Positions 34,833 through 44,200 of a stretch of DNA of 64,000 bases are shown one piece after another; within the stretch, counting starts at the first letter, position 1, and each line of letters begins with the position of its first letter. The notes under the pieces are model-generated. The model saw only the letters and a list, made by a program, of their open reading frames with translations, was not told the DNA's origin and made no database searches. The position numbers and the translations under genes were made by a program. Source of the DNA: an uncultured Eubacteriales bacterium (GTDB taxonomy: Bacteria > Bacillota > Clostridia > Oscillospirales > Acutalibacteraceae); NCBI GenBank assembly GCA_964612185.1, contig CAZTCR010000003.1, positions 56,970 through 120,969 on the forward strand, given 5' to 3'.

Positions 34833-35873
34833 GTGGCGAAGATGAACATTACAAAGAATAAAATGCCCATGTGGCTGCGATATATGATTAACACCGTAGT
34901 TTTTGTTGTTCTGTTGACGGGCAGCACGGGATTGGTCAACTCCGGCAGTGTATCGAACTACTATACCAGGGTGCTCATTCTGTGCGGCATCAATATGATT
35001 TTGGCGCTTTCGCTGAATATTGCCACGGGTTACCTCGGCCAGCTGCCGCTGGGGCATGCCGGCTTTATGGCGCTGGGCGCGTACGCATCGGCCATCTTTA
35101 TGCGCGGCGTGACCGTCTCCCCGGATGCCGTCTTTCCCTTGGGCATTCTCATCGGCGGGATGACAGCGGCTTTCGTCGGCTTTCTCATCGGTATACCGGC
35201 GCTGCGGCTGAAGGGGGACTACCTGGCCATCATCACCCTGGGGTTCGGCGAGATTATCCGCGTTGTGCTGCTGAATATTGACAGCGTGCTGGGCTTTAAG
35301 CTTACTTACGGCGCGGCGTCGCTCAAAAACATTCCGAAAACCACAAACTTTTTTAATACCTTCCTGTGCGTTGCGGTAACCTGTTTTGTCATTCATACCA
35401 TCATGAAATCCCGCCACGGCAGAGCGATTCTCTCCATCCGGGACAATGAAATTGCCGCGGAGGCCTGCGGTATCAACACCACCTATTACAAAACATTCGG
35501 GTTCACCCTGTCCGCCTTTTTTGCCGGTGTTGCCGGCGCGCTGTATGCGGGATACCTCGGGGTCATTTCACCGGCCGCTTTCGGTTTTATGAAATCCATC
35601 GAGATTCTCGTCACGGTGGTGCTCGGCGGCATGGGTTCGATGATCGGTTCCATCATCTCCGCAACCGTACTCACTGCCCTGCCGGAACTCTTGCGCGCTT
35701 TTTCGCAGTACCGCATGATTGCCTACTCGCTGCTGCTGATTGTCGTCATGATCTTCAAACCGACAGGGCTCATGGGCAGCTACGACTTTTCCCTGAGTGC
35801 CTTGCTCAGCAAGCTCGGCGGCAAACCCAAGCCAAAACCCCTGCCGGAAAAGGAGGACGAACCTCATGAGTAA
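34833..35873 (+). CDS. livM: Branched-chain amino-acid ABC permease
   Basis: 346 aa and polytopic, with LNIATGYLGQLPLGHAGFMALGAY. It starts at GTG 34833, abutting the livH stop; ATG 34842 is an alternative. Confidence 0.85.
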   Translation: MAKMNITKNKMPMWLRYMINTVVFVVLLTGSTGLVNSGSVSNYYTRVLILCGINMILALSLNIATGYLGQLPLGHAGFMALGAYASAIFMRGVTVSPDAVFPLGILIGGMTAAFVGFLIGIPALRLKGDYLAIITLGFGEIIRVVLLNIDSVLGFKLTYGAASLKNIPKTTNFFNTFLCVAVTCFVIHTIMKSRHGRAILSIRDNEIAAEACGINTTYYKTFGFTLSAFFAGVAGALYAGYLGVISPAAFGFMKSIEILVTVVLGGMGSMIGSIISATVLTALPELLRAFSQYRMIAYSLLLIVVMIFKPTGLMGSYDFSLSALLSKLGGKPKPKPLPEKEDEPHE

Positions 35874-36693
35874 ACTGGTACCCGTCCCCAGCAGGGGCAT
35901 GGTCCCGGAACGGGACGCGGCAAGCCCGCCTGTTTTGGAAACCCTTCACCTGGGCATTGACTTCGGCGGCCTTGTGGCCGTGGACGACTTCAACCTGCTC
36001 ATCGGCCGCACAGAAATATCCGGATTAATCGGCCCCAACGGTGCCGGTAAAACCACGGTATTTAATCTTTTGACCAATGTGTACAAGCCCACCCGCGGCA
36101 CCATCATCCTCGGCGACAAAGATACCGCCGGCATGAACACCAGCCAGGTTTGCCGCGCCGGCATTGCGCGCACCTTCCAAAACATCCGGCTCTTTAAGGA
36201 CATGACCGTGGCGGAAAATGTGATGGTCGGGCTCCACCATGACATTACCTACCACATCCTTGGCGCGGTACTGCGCACCCCGCGCTATTGGCGGGACGAA
36301 AAGAAGGCGCGTGAGCGGGCGCTGGATATGCTTTCCATTTTTAATATGCAGGACATGGGGGACACCAAAGCGGGCGCGCTGCCCTACGGCGCGCAGCGCC
36401 GGCTGGAGATTGTCCGCGCACTCGCGACAAAGCCGCTCATCCTGCTCCTGGACGAACCCGCCGCCGGTATGAACCCGTCGGAAACGGCGGAGCTGATGGA
36501 AAATATCACAAAAATCCGCGACACCTATCAAATTGCGATTTTACTCATTGAACACGACATGAAGCTTGTCATGGGCATCTGCGAAGGCATCGCGGTACTG
36601 AACTACGGCAAGATTATCGCCAAGGGAACCCCGGACGAAATCAGCTCAAACCCGGCGGTCATTGAAGCGTATCTCGGCAAGAAGGAGGCGTAA
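35866..36693 (+). CDS. livG: Branched-chain amino-acid ABC ATPase
   Basis: The start was moved to ATG 35866 (RBS AAGGAGG), which overlaps the livM stop. Walker A is GPNGAGKTT. The LivG-type C-terminus is NPAVIEAYLG. Confidence 0.85.
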   Translation: MSKLVPVPSRGMVPERDAASPPVLETLHLGIDFGGLVAVDDFNLLIGRTEISGLIGPNGAGKTTVFNLLTNVYKPTRGTIILGDKDTAGMNTSQVCRAGIARTFQNIRLFKDMTVAENVMVGLHHDITYHILGAVLRTPRYWRDEKKARERALDMLSIFNMQDMGDTKAGALPYGAQRRLEIVRALATKPLILLLDEPAAGMNPSETAELMENITKIRDTYQIAILLIEHDMKLVMGICEGIAVLNYGKIIAKGTPDEISSNPAVIEAYLGKKEA

Positions 36694-36697
36694 TAAC

Positions 36698-37399
36698 ATG
36701 CTGCAGGTAAAAGATATCAATGTGTATTACGGCCCCATCCACGCCATCCAGGGCGTTTCGTTTGAGGTCGGGGAAGGTGAGATTGTCTCGCTCATCGGCG
36801 CGAACGGCGCGGGTAAATCCACCATCCTTAAAACCATATCCGGCCTGTTACGGACCAAGACGGGCGAGATTGATTTTTTGGGCCAAAAAATCAACACGAC
36901 GGCACCGCACGCGATTGTTCATACGGGCATTGCGCACATTCCGGAAGGACGTCGTGTTTTTCAGCGCATGACCGTGGAAGAAAACCTGGAGATGGGCGCG
37001 TTCACCCAACCGTCCTCCTCCATCCCCAAATCACTTGAGCATGTGTATGAATTGTTCCCCCGCCTCAAAGAGCGCCGCAAACAAATCGCCGGCACCCTCT
37101 CCGGCGGGGAACAGCAGATGCTCGCCATGAGCCGCGGGCTGATGAGCAAACCCAAGCTGATGATGCTCGACGAGCCGTCCATGGGGCTGTCCCCCATCCT
37201 GGTACAGCAGGTTTTTGACATTATCAAAACCCTGCACGCTGCCGGCACCACCATTTTGCTGGTGGAACAGAACGCGCAGATGGCACTTTCGATTGCCGAC
37301 AGGGCGTATGTAATGGAAACCGGCAAAATCATCCTCACCGGCACAGGGGAAGAACTCGCGAACAGCGACGATGTCCGGAAGGCGTACCTGGTCGGGTAG
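36698..37399 (+). CDS. livF: Branched-chain amino-acid ABC ATPase
   Basis: The start was moved to ATG 36698 (RBS GAAGGAGG). Walker A is GANGAGKST, and the signature is LSGGEQQML. Confidence 0.85.
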   Translation: MLQVKDINVYYGPIHAIQGVSFEVGEGEIVSLIGANGAGKSTILKTISGLLRTKTGEIDFLGQKINTTAPHAIVHTGIAHIPEGRRVFQRMTVEENLEMGAFTQPSSSIPKSLEHVYELFPRLKERRKQIAGTLSGGEQQMLAMSRGLMSKPKLMMLDEPSMGLSPILVQQVFDIIKTLHAAGTTILLVEQNAQMALSIADRAYVMETGKIILTGTGEELANSDDVRKAYLVG

Positions 37400-37416
37400 A
37401 ACACCGCGCAATAAAT

Positions 37417-37450
37417 TACCGCCTTGTCGCAACGGACAGGGCGGTATTTC
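37417..37450 (+). terminator. Terminator hairpin after livF
   Basis: TACCGCCTTGTC-gcaacg-GACAGGGCGGTA (one G-U pair), followed by TTTC. Confidence 0.55.
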
Positions 37451-37469
37451 TAATTCTATCGTTTTGCGG

Positions 37470-38417
37470 TCAATACCCGGCTTCTATCGCCTTAATTTTT
37501 TCATACAGCATCTCATTCACCGGGGATTTTATGCCGTACTTTTTAGACATCGCCAATACGGCGCCTGCGAGCATCTCCACTTCGCTGGTTCGCTTCGCCT
37601 CCACATCCTGGCGCATGGAGGGTTTGCTGACGGGGTTGAGTGTGCCGACAACCTTGAGCCAGTAAGGGATATCGTCCTCGGAAATCGCAATCCCCTCTTT
37701 TTCCGCGAGCGGAATCACCTCGCGCATGGCGGCAATCATCACATCCCTTGTCTGCCCTTCGTTCTGCGCGTCCGAATAATCCCGGCCGAACACCGCGACA
37801 GCTTGGTTGATGCCCACATTGAGCATAAACTTGCCCCACATCCGCCTTTTGATGTCCCGCTCAATTTCGTAGGGCAGCCCCGTTTTTTTAAAAAAAGCCG
37901 CGACGGTTTCCACCTTTTCCGGCACAACACCCGGCTGGGCATCGCCGATAAAAATGGTGCCCGAGTTCAAAAAGGTAAGCCGCCCGCCTTCGTTCACGGC
38001 ATCCATCCCCTGCGCGACGGTATAAACGATTTGCTCGCGCGGATAGGCTTGCGCGATAATATCCTCGCTGGTGATGCCGTTGAGCAGGGACACAAAAAGC
38101 GTGCCGGGGCCGACCTGATTTTTAACGGCCCGCACCGCTTCTTCCAGCGCGCCGTACTTCACGGCAAAGATAATCAGGTCCGAAGGCCCGGTTCTTTCCT
38201 CCGGCAAAACAAAATTGAAATCACAGCGTTCCCCGTTGCTGTAAATGCCGTCGCGCCGATAACGCTCAATGCGGTCTTTGTCCGCGATTATCCGCAAATT
38301 TTCTTTTGGCATCTGCTTGGCAAAACGCTGCCCGACGAGGATGCCCAGCGCGCCCAGCCCGATGATGGATACGGTTTTGATTTCTTTGATGATAACTGCC
38401 ACCTCATTTGTTTTCAT
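37470..38417 (-). CDS. panE: 2-dehydropantoate 2-reductase (ketopantoate reductase) family
   Basis: Rossmann motif VSIIGLGALG, with ApbA/PanE-like N- and C-terminal domains. 315 aa. Confidence 0.7.
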   Translation of the reverse strand: MKTNEVAVIIKEIKTVSIIGLGALGILVGQRFAKQMPKENLRIIADKDRIERYRRDGIYSNGERCDFNFVLPEERTGPSDLIIFAVKYGALEEAVRAVKNQVGPGTLFVSLLNGITSEDIIAQAYPREQIVYTVAQGMDAVNEGGRLTFLNSGTIFIGDAQPGVVPEKVETVAAFFKKTGLPYEIERDIKRRMWGKFMLNVGINQAVAVFGRDYSDAQNEGQTRDVMIAAMREVIPLAEKEGIAISEDDIPYWLKVVGTLNPVSKPSMRQDVEAKRTSEVEMLAGAVLAMSKKYGIKSPVNEMLYEKIKAIEAGY

Positions 38418-38447
38418 ACGAATTCATGGTTAGTGTCTCACACTGCG

Positions 38448-39521
38448 TCAAGTATTTTTGAATTTTTTTGTCAGCCGGTAAACCGCTGCCCGGTTTTCAT
38501 CGCTGACCGTGTTTTCGTTAAAAAACAAGATGCCTTTCAGCCGCCCGTTAGCGCGCCTGTACCCCAGTGCCCAGTCCCCGATTTCTTCAATAATCTCCGG
38601 TGTCTTTTGCCAGATTTTATAGTTGGGCAAGGCTTTGTCGCGCACGCAAAAATGCAACACCGTATCGTTTGGTCCGACCCTGTCCAGCAGACCGTCAAAA
38701 CCGGTTTTGTCCATTTGAAAATGCGCGACATGCGGCACTACGCAGTCCACACCCGCACCCCGGAGTCTGCCCGCATCGTGTCCCCAGCCGGGCGCGCAGG
38801 AGGAATGCAGCCAAACTTCCGTACCGGGCTTGATGTTTTTTATCTTGTCGTTGAGTTCGCTCATCTTCCCGGTGATGCTGTTCACTTTCCAGTCGTCAAA
38901 CAGGTCGTCGCCATCGCCGTAAGCGATGATCGGCTCCCCGGTGTCTTTACAAAACTTTTCCGCTGTCGCGTCGCAGTAACAGCTCCCGCTCGCATAACTC
39001 AGGCGTTCGTAGCCGATGCTCTTCACATTTTTATGATTGTAATACCGGAGCAAATCCGCCATCTCATCGTTTTCCATCTGCCAAATATCTGCTGTGTCCG
39101 GGCAGAAAACCCAACCGCGGTCTTCGCCGTTTCTGCCCCGCTGCAAGGCGGCACCGGGGTAGGCTGCTTTGATTCTTTCGGGGTTGTAGATGGCGAGGTT
39201 GGAAAAAAGCTGGATTTCTATCCCTCTTTTCTCCGCCTCCTCAATCACTGCGGACACAAATTCCGTCTTTGCATCCGCGTTCAGGCATCGTTTATCCCGG
39301 AAACATTCGAGCTTTTTGTTTTGAACCGGCCAGGCGAAGCCGTCGTGCGCGGGGTCAAAATAGGCGTAGCTTGTCATCATCAAACTCAGGATGTTCATGC
39401 CGTTGGCGGCCATTTCATCCAGGAGTTTGAGCATGTCGGGCAGGGTGTTGCCTGCCGGCCTTTCCGCCTCATAGGTGATGCCTATTTGCCAGCCCAAATA
39501 GAGTTTGTCGTTTTTGCCCAT
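38448..39521 (-). CDS. Hypothetical TIM-barrel (glycoside-hydrolase-like) protein
   Basis: 357-aa ORF with RBS AAGGAG. The alternating beta/alpha character is seen in NILSLMMTSYAYFDP...IEIQLFSNL. No secure family. Confidence 0.5.
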   Translation of the reverse strand: MGKNDKLYLGWQIGITYEAERPAGNTLPDMLKLLDEMAANGMNILSLMMTSYAYFDPAHDGFAWPVQNKKLECFRDKRCLNADAKTEFVSAVIEEAEKRGIEIQLFSNLAIYNPERIKAAYPGAALQRGRNGEDRGWVFCPDTADIWQMENDEMADLLRYYNHKNVKSIGYERLSYASGSCYCDATAEKFCKDTGEPIIAYGDGDDLFDDWKVNSITGKMSELNDKIKNIKPGTEVWLHSSCAPGWGHDAGRLRGAGVDCVVPHVAHFQMDKTGFDGLLDRVGPNDTVLHFCVRDKALPNYKIWQKTPEIIEEIGDWALGYRRANGRLKGILFFNENTVSDENRAAVYRLTKKFKNT

Positions 39522-39573
39522 TGATATATTGCTCCTTTACCAACCGAAGAATGATTACTAAAAAATTCATGAC

Positions 39574-40497
39574 TTACCCAAGATAAACATTTTGATTGTG
39601 CCACTCCAAGTAATCCGGATTTGGTAACTGATCCATTCTTTCAGGCAAGATTATCAGCTTGCTTCCATGATGTGCGTAATATTCTTTTCCGTTGCCGAAA
39701 TCTTCTTTTATTCGATGACTTACTTCGACATTTAGTTCTTTGTCGACTGTTAAATAGCCACGGTCAAACAGCGTGTGAAAGTCTCTCCTCAACAGTATGC
39801 CATTATTGATTTCGTGCGGTCCATCCAATGAATATGGTTTTATATGTGCCGCTTCTAACACCGGGAGTGTTTTTTCGCCTGTTATCGCACATCGTCTTTG
39901 ATAAGCGTCGGTTATCAACACTTTGAACGCGCCTTGACCTACCCTTGGTTTTATCAGTTGTTCTGGACCGTATCGGACATCCATCTCATCCTCCCTAAGT
40001 ACATGGGGAATTAGAGAATGCCCGACTAATCTATGCTGCACTTGACTATACAATGAGAGTCCATATGCGTCGGATGTGTAGTAAGTTTTTCCCTGAACAA
40101 TATTACTGTTCCAGTTATCCGGTATTTTTATCCAATCTTCCTCATCAAAGAAAAATGGCATCGTCAGAATAATACACCCAATGTCAGGGTCAGGGTCCGA
40201 GAAATGATTTGTCTTTTTATATCTGTAAACCCGGTTGTTTAATTCGTAAAGGCTGTTCGCACCATTCGATACGCCAAACGCGTCCCATGCCAGCGATGTC
40301 GGCAAAAAAGAAAACTTCAGAAAGTAACCGCCGCCGACTATGTAATCATTCGGGCTGTGTAGTTTAAAGAGAAACATTTCACCTTCATCAAGCGCCTTGA
40401 AGGCAGTTTTACCTCCGGGTTTCCAAAAATTCACTTCTTCGCGCGGTTCCTTTTTTAATGTTTTAAACCAGTCGAAATCCGTTACGCCGACAAACAT
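39574..40497 (-). CDS. HNH (HNH_2-type) nuclease with N-terminal PUA/EVE-like domain; candidate modification-dependent (type IV) restriction enzyme
   Basis: C-terminus CAITGEKTLPVLEAAHIKPY...NGILLRRDFHTLFDRGYLTV matches the HNH_2 pattern. The N-terminal region of about 170 aa (FVGVTDFDWF...NFWKPGG...IVGGGYF) resembles PUA-like reader domains. The ATG at 40497 is preferred over the TTG at 40512. Confidence 0.65.
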   Translation of the reverse strand: MFVGVTDFDWFKTLKKEPREEVNFWKPGGKTAFKALDEGEMFLFKLHSPNDYIVGGGYFLKFSFLPTSLAWDAFGVSNGANSLYELNNRVYRYKKTNHFSDPDPDIGCIILTMPFFFDEEDWIKIPDNWNSNIVQGKTYYTSDAYGLSLYSQVQHRLVGHSLIPHVLREDEMDVRYGPEQLIKPRVGQGAFKVLITDAYQRRCAITGEKTLPVLEAAHIKPYSLDGPHEINNGILLRRDFHTLFDRGYLTVDKELNVEVSHRIKEDFGNGKEYYAHHGSKLIILPERMDQLPNPDYLEWHNQNVYLG

Positions 40498-40570
40498 CTT
40501 CACAGTACTCAACTCCCACTCATAATATGTCTCTTCTTATATGTTCGTGTATGAGAACTTTATTTAAACT

Positions 40571-41092
40571 TCACTTCATACAAAGTTCTAAATACTCGTC
40601 AATCTCTTTCGGGCTGAGTTGATCACCAAATGTCTCCTTGAGCCCCCTTGCAACAACATCCAAATATTTTTTGCTCGGCGGTTTCACAGGTCTCTTTTTC
40701 TTGTTTGTTATAGTATAAATCGGAATGTCTTCCGGCTTTTCGGGGTTCAGTCGAACTCTGTCGCAGTACCATTCGCCTCCGCATCCTTCCTGACAGCGAA
40801 CATCACAAAACTGCTCCCATGTAATCAAGTACATCCTTCCGCGTGTTTCCGCACCTTCTTTTTCTTCCAAAAAACTAACGCCGCCATTATCCCATTTTTG
40901 ACTTTCTTTGCCGAAATACATGCGGTAGTTTTTAATCAAATAGGGTTTATTATCTCTCGGCGGTGTTTTATCCTCACAACCCTTATATGTGGCGCCATTT
41001 TCCTTGCAATACCCACCCTCAATATAACACATAAACCTATCTCGCAGCATATTCGACCCATACGAAACATACCAAACCAAATCTTCTTTCAT
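40571..41092 (-). CDS. Gamma-glutamylcyclotransferase-fold (GGCT-like) protein with Cys-rich insert
   Basis: VWYVSYGSNM matches the YGSN motif of GGCT. The Cys cluster is CDVRCQEGCGGEWYC. ATG 41092 (RBS GGAGG at an 8-nt spacing) overlaps the upstream stop as ATGA. Confidence 0.5.
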   Translation of the reverse strand: MKEDLVWYVSYGSNMLRDRFMCYIEGGYCKENGATYKGCEDKTPPRDNKPYLIKNYRMYFGKESQKWDNGGVSFLEEKEGAETRGRMYLITWEQFCDVRCQEGCGGEWYCDRVRLNPEKPEDIPIYTITNKKKRPVKPPSKKYLDVVARGLKETFGDQLSPKEIDEYLELCMK

Positions 41093-41514
41093 CTTCTTCC
41101 CCTCCACGGTTGTTTTTCATGGCTGACATAGGACGACTCGCTGACTTCGTGCAGATAAACATAGACACCGGCATTGACAACCGTTTGGTCGCCGGTTTGC
41201 ACCGGTTCATAAACCAGACGGTACAGGCTGCCTTCGCCTTCCAGGCGATTGATATGCGCGAGTGTTCCCTCATCCACTTCAAACAATTCGCCTATAACAA
41301 AATCATCCTTGCGCTGCTTAATGCCGGGGTAACTGCCCAAATCATAAAGGGCATAGCCTTTTAAAGTTCCCGCCCCGAGGAAGCGGCTTTGGCTTAAAAA
41401 ATAAGCATGGTTGCCATTGCCGCGTATGAGTGTTCCGTACACAAAGATAATGTTGCCCTTTGCATCTTTGGGCTTGCCTGCCTTTTTTTGCCCTGTTTCG
41501 CTTTTCATGTTCAT
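41089..41514 (-). CDS. Gamma-glutamylcyclotransferase family protein (AIG2/GGACT-like)
   Basis: IFVYGTLIRGNGNH (YGTL motif) and VIGELFEV (catalytic Glu context). There is a Lys-rich N-terminal extension. RBS GGAGG. Confidence 0.7.
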   Translation of the reverse strand: MNMKSETGQKKAGKPKDAKGNIIFVYGTLIRGNGNHAYFLSQSRFLGAGTLKGYALYDLGSYPGIKQRKDDFVIGELFEVDEGTLAHINRLEGEGSLYRLVYEPVQTGDQTVVNAGVYVYLHEVSESSYVSHEKQPWRGRR

Positions 41515-41629
41515 TGTGTGCCTCCATCCATCATCGTCCGGCTTCCTTGTTTACAATAAGTTGTTCCGCGCTCAACACAATTACTGCCGGCAATTACTAT
41601 CATACGCATAAACATTAAAAAAACCTTTT

Positions 41630-43111
41630 TTATTTGAACAACTCCACCATCACACCCTGCTCCGGCGCAATGTCCAGCGATATCCGGCCGTTTTCAACGG
41701 GTGTTTCCCCGATGAACCGGAGGCCTTGGGCACTGATGTCATACAGTTTTGCCGCTTTGTACCGGTGCGCGGGCAATTGCCAAACCTTTTTACAGCCGTT
41801 TTTACTGTAGGCAATATAGGTGTCTGTTTTAAAAGTGACAGGCAGCAGCAGGTCATCTTCCGTTTTCATCGTCACGCCGTTTTTGGATATTTTCTGTTCA
41901 CGCAGGTAGGATATCGTGCCGTCCCCATACACCATACGCAGTTTTTTGCCGCGGCCGGCGAGTTTTTCCTTCTTCAGCGTTGCCAGGTAAAAATACGGGA
42001 TATTATACGCGGCGAACTGCCGCAAAAATTCGTTGTGCCAGGCATCGGGGGCTCCTTCGTCAAGCCGCCACAACTCCTCGCCGTGGAGGTTGCCGTAGAG
42101 GATTTTGCCGTATTTTCCTTTGAGCACACCGCCGGCGTATCGGTCGGGATAAATACGGAATATTTCGCGTTTTTTTAGTTTGTCCACCCACCAAATTGCC
42201 GGCAGCCGCCCGAGCGTGTCGATGGGGTACAGCCGCCATAAAACATTCCGGACAAGGGTGCCGTAGTTCAACCCCGTCAGCGGGCCTTCCCGGTAGGTGA
42301 ATTCGGAGGTGATGTCGATGCCGTTTTCAGCCAGATAGTCAATCATCTTTTTCCGGTACGCCTGCATGGTTTTGATGTTCACCTTTGGCTTGCGGTTGAC
42401 ATAACACTGGAAGTTGTCCACATGCACCGTGCCCGCTTCTTTGACGGGCAGCAGCTCAAACAGCGCCTGCATCCGCTTGTGAAACAGCCCGCTTTCCCAC
42501 TCCTCTTTGTAACTGACTTTATAGCAGGGCTGCTCATTGTAGTTTTCTATCGCCGCCGGCTTGCCTTGGCGGTCGCGGATGAGGGCGTTGTGTGCCCGGT
42601 ATTCTGCCATCATCGGGCTGTTGTCATAAGCATCCGCAAAATTGATATGCACGCTGATAACGGTATTGTATTTTTTTGACTCTTCAATCAGCCACAGCAT
42701 ACTCCGGAGCGCGGTTGAATCCCCCGGTCTTTTAAGCGCGGGGTTGACCGCGTCAAAGGCAGGATATTTGTCGTCATGCCCATTGTACTGCCAGCCCACG
42801 AGGTAGATGATTTTCGGCGCGCCGAGGGTGAGCGCGTCCACCTGTTTGACGATTTCCATCGTCCGCTCAAAATCGCAGTCCACCATGCTGCCGCCCTTGC
42901 AGTCCGGGCGCGCCATAAAAAGTTTCATCATCATGGTTTTGGTGTAATCGTATCGCGGCATCACAAATATCCCCCTATCAAAACTGTCAGGATGATTATA
43001 CGAATCTCCATTTAAAAGATAGACTTTTCTATCTTTTAATCCGCTGTCACAAGACAGCGGGGGCAGCATTTGCTGCCGGATATACCGTTCAAGGTTATCT
43101 GTCTGCGGCAT
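41630..43111 (-). CDS. Hypothetical TIM-barrel protein, possibly GH101-like (endo-alpha-N-acetylgalactosaminidase catalytic-domain-like)
   Basis: IIYLVGWQYNGHDDKYP is recalled as GH101-like. The track start at 43126 is TTG, and the first ATG is 43111. The family call is weak. Confidence 0.4.
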   Translation of the reverse strand: MPQTDNLERYIRQQMLPPLSCDSGLKDRKVYLLNGDSYNHPDSFDRGIFVMPRYDYTKTMMMKLFMARPDCKGGSMVDCDFERTMEIVKQVDALTLGAPKIIYLVGWQYNGHDDKYPAFDAVNPALKRPGDSTALRSMLWLIEESKKYNTVISVHINFADAYDNSPMMAEYRAHNALIRDRQGKPAAIENYNEQPCYKVSYKEEWESGLFHKRMQALFELLPVKEAGTVHVDNFQCYVNRKPKVNIKTMQAYRKKMIDYLAENGIDITSEFTYREGPLTGLNYGTLVRNVLWRLYPIDTLGRLPAIWWVDKLKKREIFRIYPDRYAGGVLKGKYGKILYGNLHGEELWRLDEGAPDAWHNEFLRQFAAYNIPYFYLATLKKEKLAGRGKKLRMVYGDGTISYLREQKISKNGVTMKTEDDLLLPVTFKTDTYIAYSKNGCKKVWQLPAHRYKAAKLYDISAQGLRFIGETPVENGRISLDIAPEQGVMVELFK

Positions 43112-43139
43112 CAGCCGCAGCGGCAAGCTTTACTTGCCG

Positions 43140-43165
43140 ATTAAAATTGCGTTTGCAATTTTAAT
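43140..43165. promoter_or_regulatory. Perfect 11-bp inverted repeat, candidate operator in a divergent promoter region
   Basis: ATTAAAATTGC-gttt-GCAATTTTAAT, located between 41630..43111 (-) and nanA (+). Confidence 0.4.
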
Positions 43166-43305
43166 ACAGGATAATATTATATCCGTTCTGCCGTCTTGTT
43201 GCAATGTTTCAAAACGGTATGCCGGCGCAATTTATTTTTGACTTTGAACAAACGATATGCTACTATTCACCTGTGTACTATCATTGAAACGAGTGAGGTT
43301 TGATT

Positions 43306-44172
43306 ATGAACATTTCCGGCATTATTCCCGCGCTTGTCACCCCGTTTAATGAGGATTATACGGTGAATTACCATTCGCTGAAAACGCTGGTGAACCGGTT
43401 GATTGAAAAAGGCGTCAACGGCTTTTATGTCTGCGGCAGCACAGGGGAAAGCTTTCTATTGGAGAAGGAAGAGCGCAAAAAGATACTGGAAACCGTCATA
43501 GAAGAAACTGCCGGCCGCGTGCCCGTTATCGCCCATGTGGGCGACATCTGGGCGGACAGAGCGGGCGAACTGGCTGCCCATGCCGCCAAGGCAGGCGCGG
43601 ACGCGGTGTCCGCCGTGCCGCCGTTTTATTTTAAATTCACTTTTAAAGAAATCGCGGAGTACTATAAGATCATTCAAAACGCCGCGCAGCTGCCGCTGAT
43701 TGTTTACAACATTCCCCTCCTGTCCGGCGTGAGCGTCACAAGCTCAAACATCGGCACCATTATGTCCGCCTGTGATGTCTTCGGGGTTAAATTTACATCC
43801 ATTGATATGTTTGAACTCAGCCGGCTGCGTAAAAAATATCCGGCGCTGTGTCTGCTCAACGGTTTTGACGAAATCTTCGTCAACGCGCTGCCGGTAGGAG
43901 TTCAGGGCGCGATCGGGAGCACTTATAATGTAATGCCCGAAAAGTTTTTAAGGATTCTGAACAGTTTTAGTGCCGGCAATGTCGCGGACGCGGCGGCCGG
44001 CCAGCGCGAAGCAAACGAAATTATTGAGGCGCTGATTGCAACGGATATAAAGTCAAGCGTCAAATATGTGCTGACAAAACAGGGCATCCCCTGCGGCACC
44101 TGCCGGCGGCCGTTTGCCGCGCTTGGCGACGGGCAAAAAGCGCTGTTAGACAGCATCATTGGCAAGATTTGA
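43306..44172 (+). CDS. nanA: N-acetylneuraminate lyase-like (DHDPS/NAL family) aldolase
   Basis: FYVCGSTGESFLL, VYNIPLLSGV and the Schiff-base Lys context FGVKFTS resemble NAL more than DapA. The start was moved to ATG 43306 (RBS GTGAGG). Confidence 0.65.
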   Translation: MNISGIIPALVTPFNEDYTVNYHSLKTLVNRLIEKGVNGFYVCGSTGESFLLEKEERKKILETVIEETAGRVPVIAHVGDIWADRAGELAAHAAKAGADAVSAVPPFYFKFTFKEIAEYYKIIQNAAQLPLIVYNIPLLSGVSVTSSNIGTIMSACDVFGVKFTSIDMFELSRLRKKYPALCLLNGFDEIFVNALPVGVQGAIGSTYNVMPEKFLRILNSFSAGNVADAAAGQREANEIIEALIATDIKSSVKYVLTKQGIPCGTCRRPFAALGDGQKALLDSIIGKI

Positions 44173-44200
44173 ACTGCCGGTTAACTTTTGGGAGGGCAAT

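Noticed and set aside
37371-39524. 717-aa plus-strand ORF spanning 2.1 kb
   Set aside because: It runs antisense across two well-supported minus-strand genes (panE-like with a Rossmann motif, and a TIM-barrel gene with a good RBS). Its product is His/Arg/Phe/Val-rich and low in information, with no motif and no RBS. It is a shadow ORF typical of this GC range.
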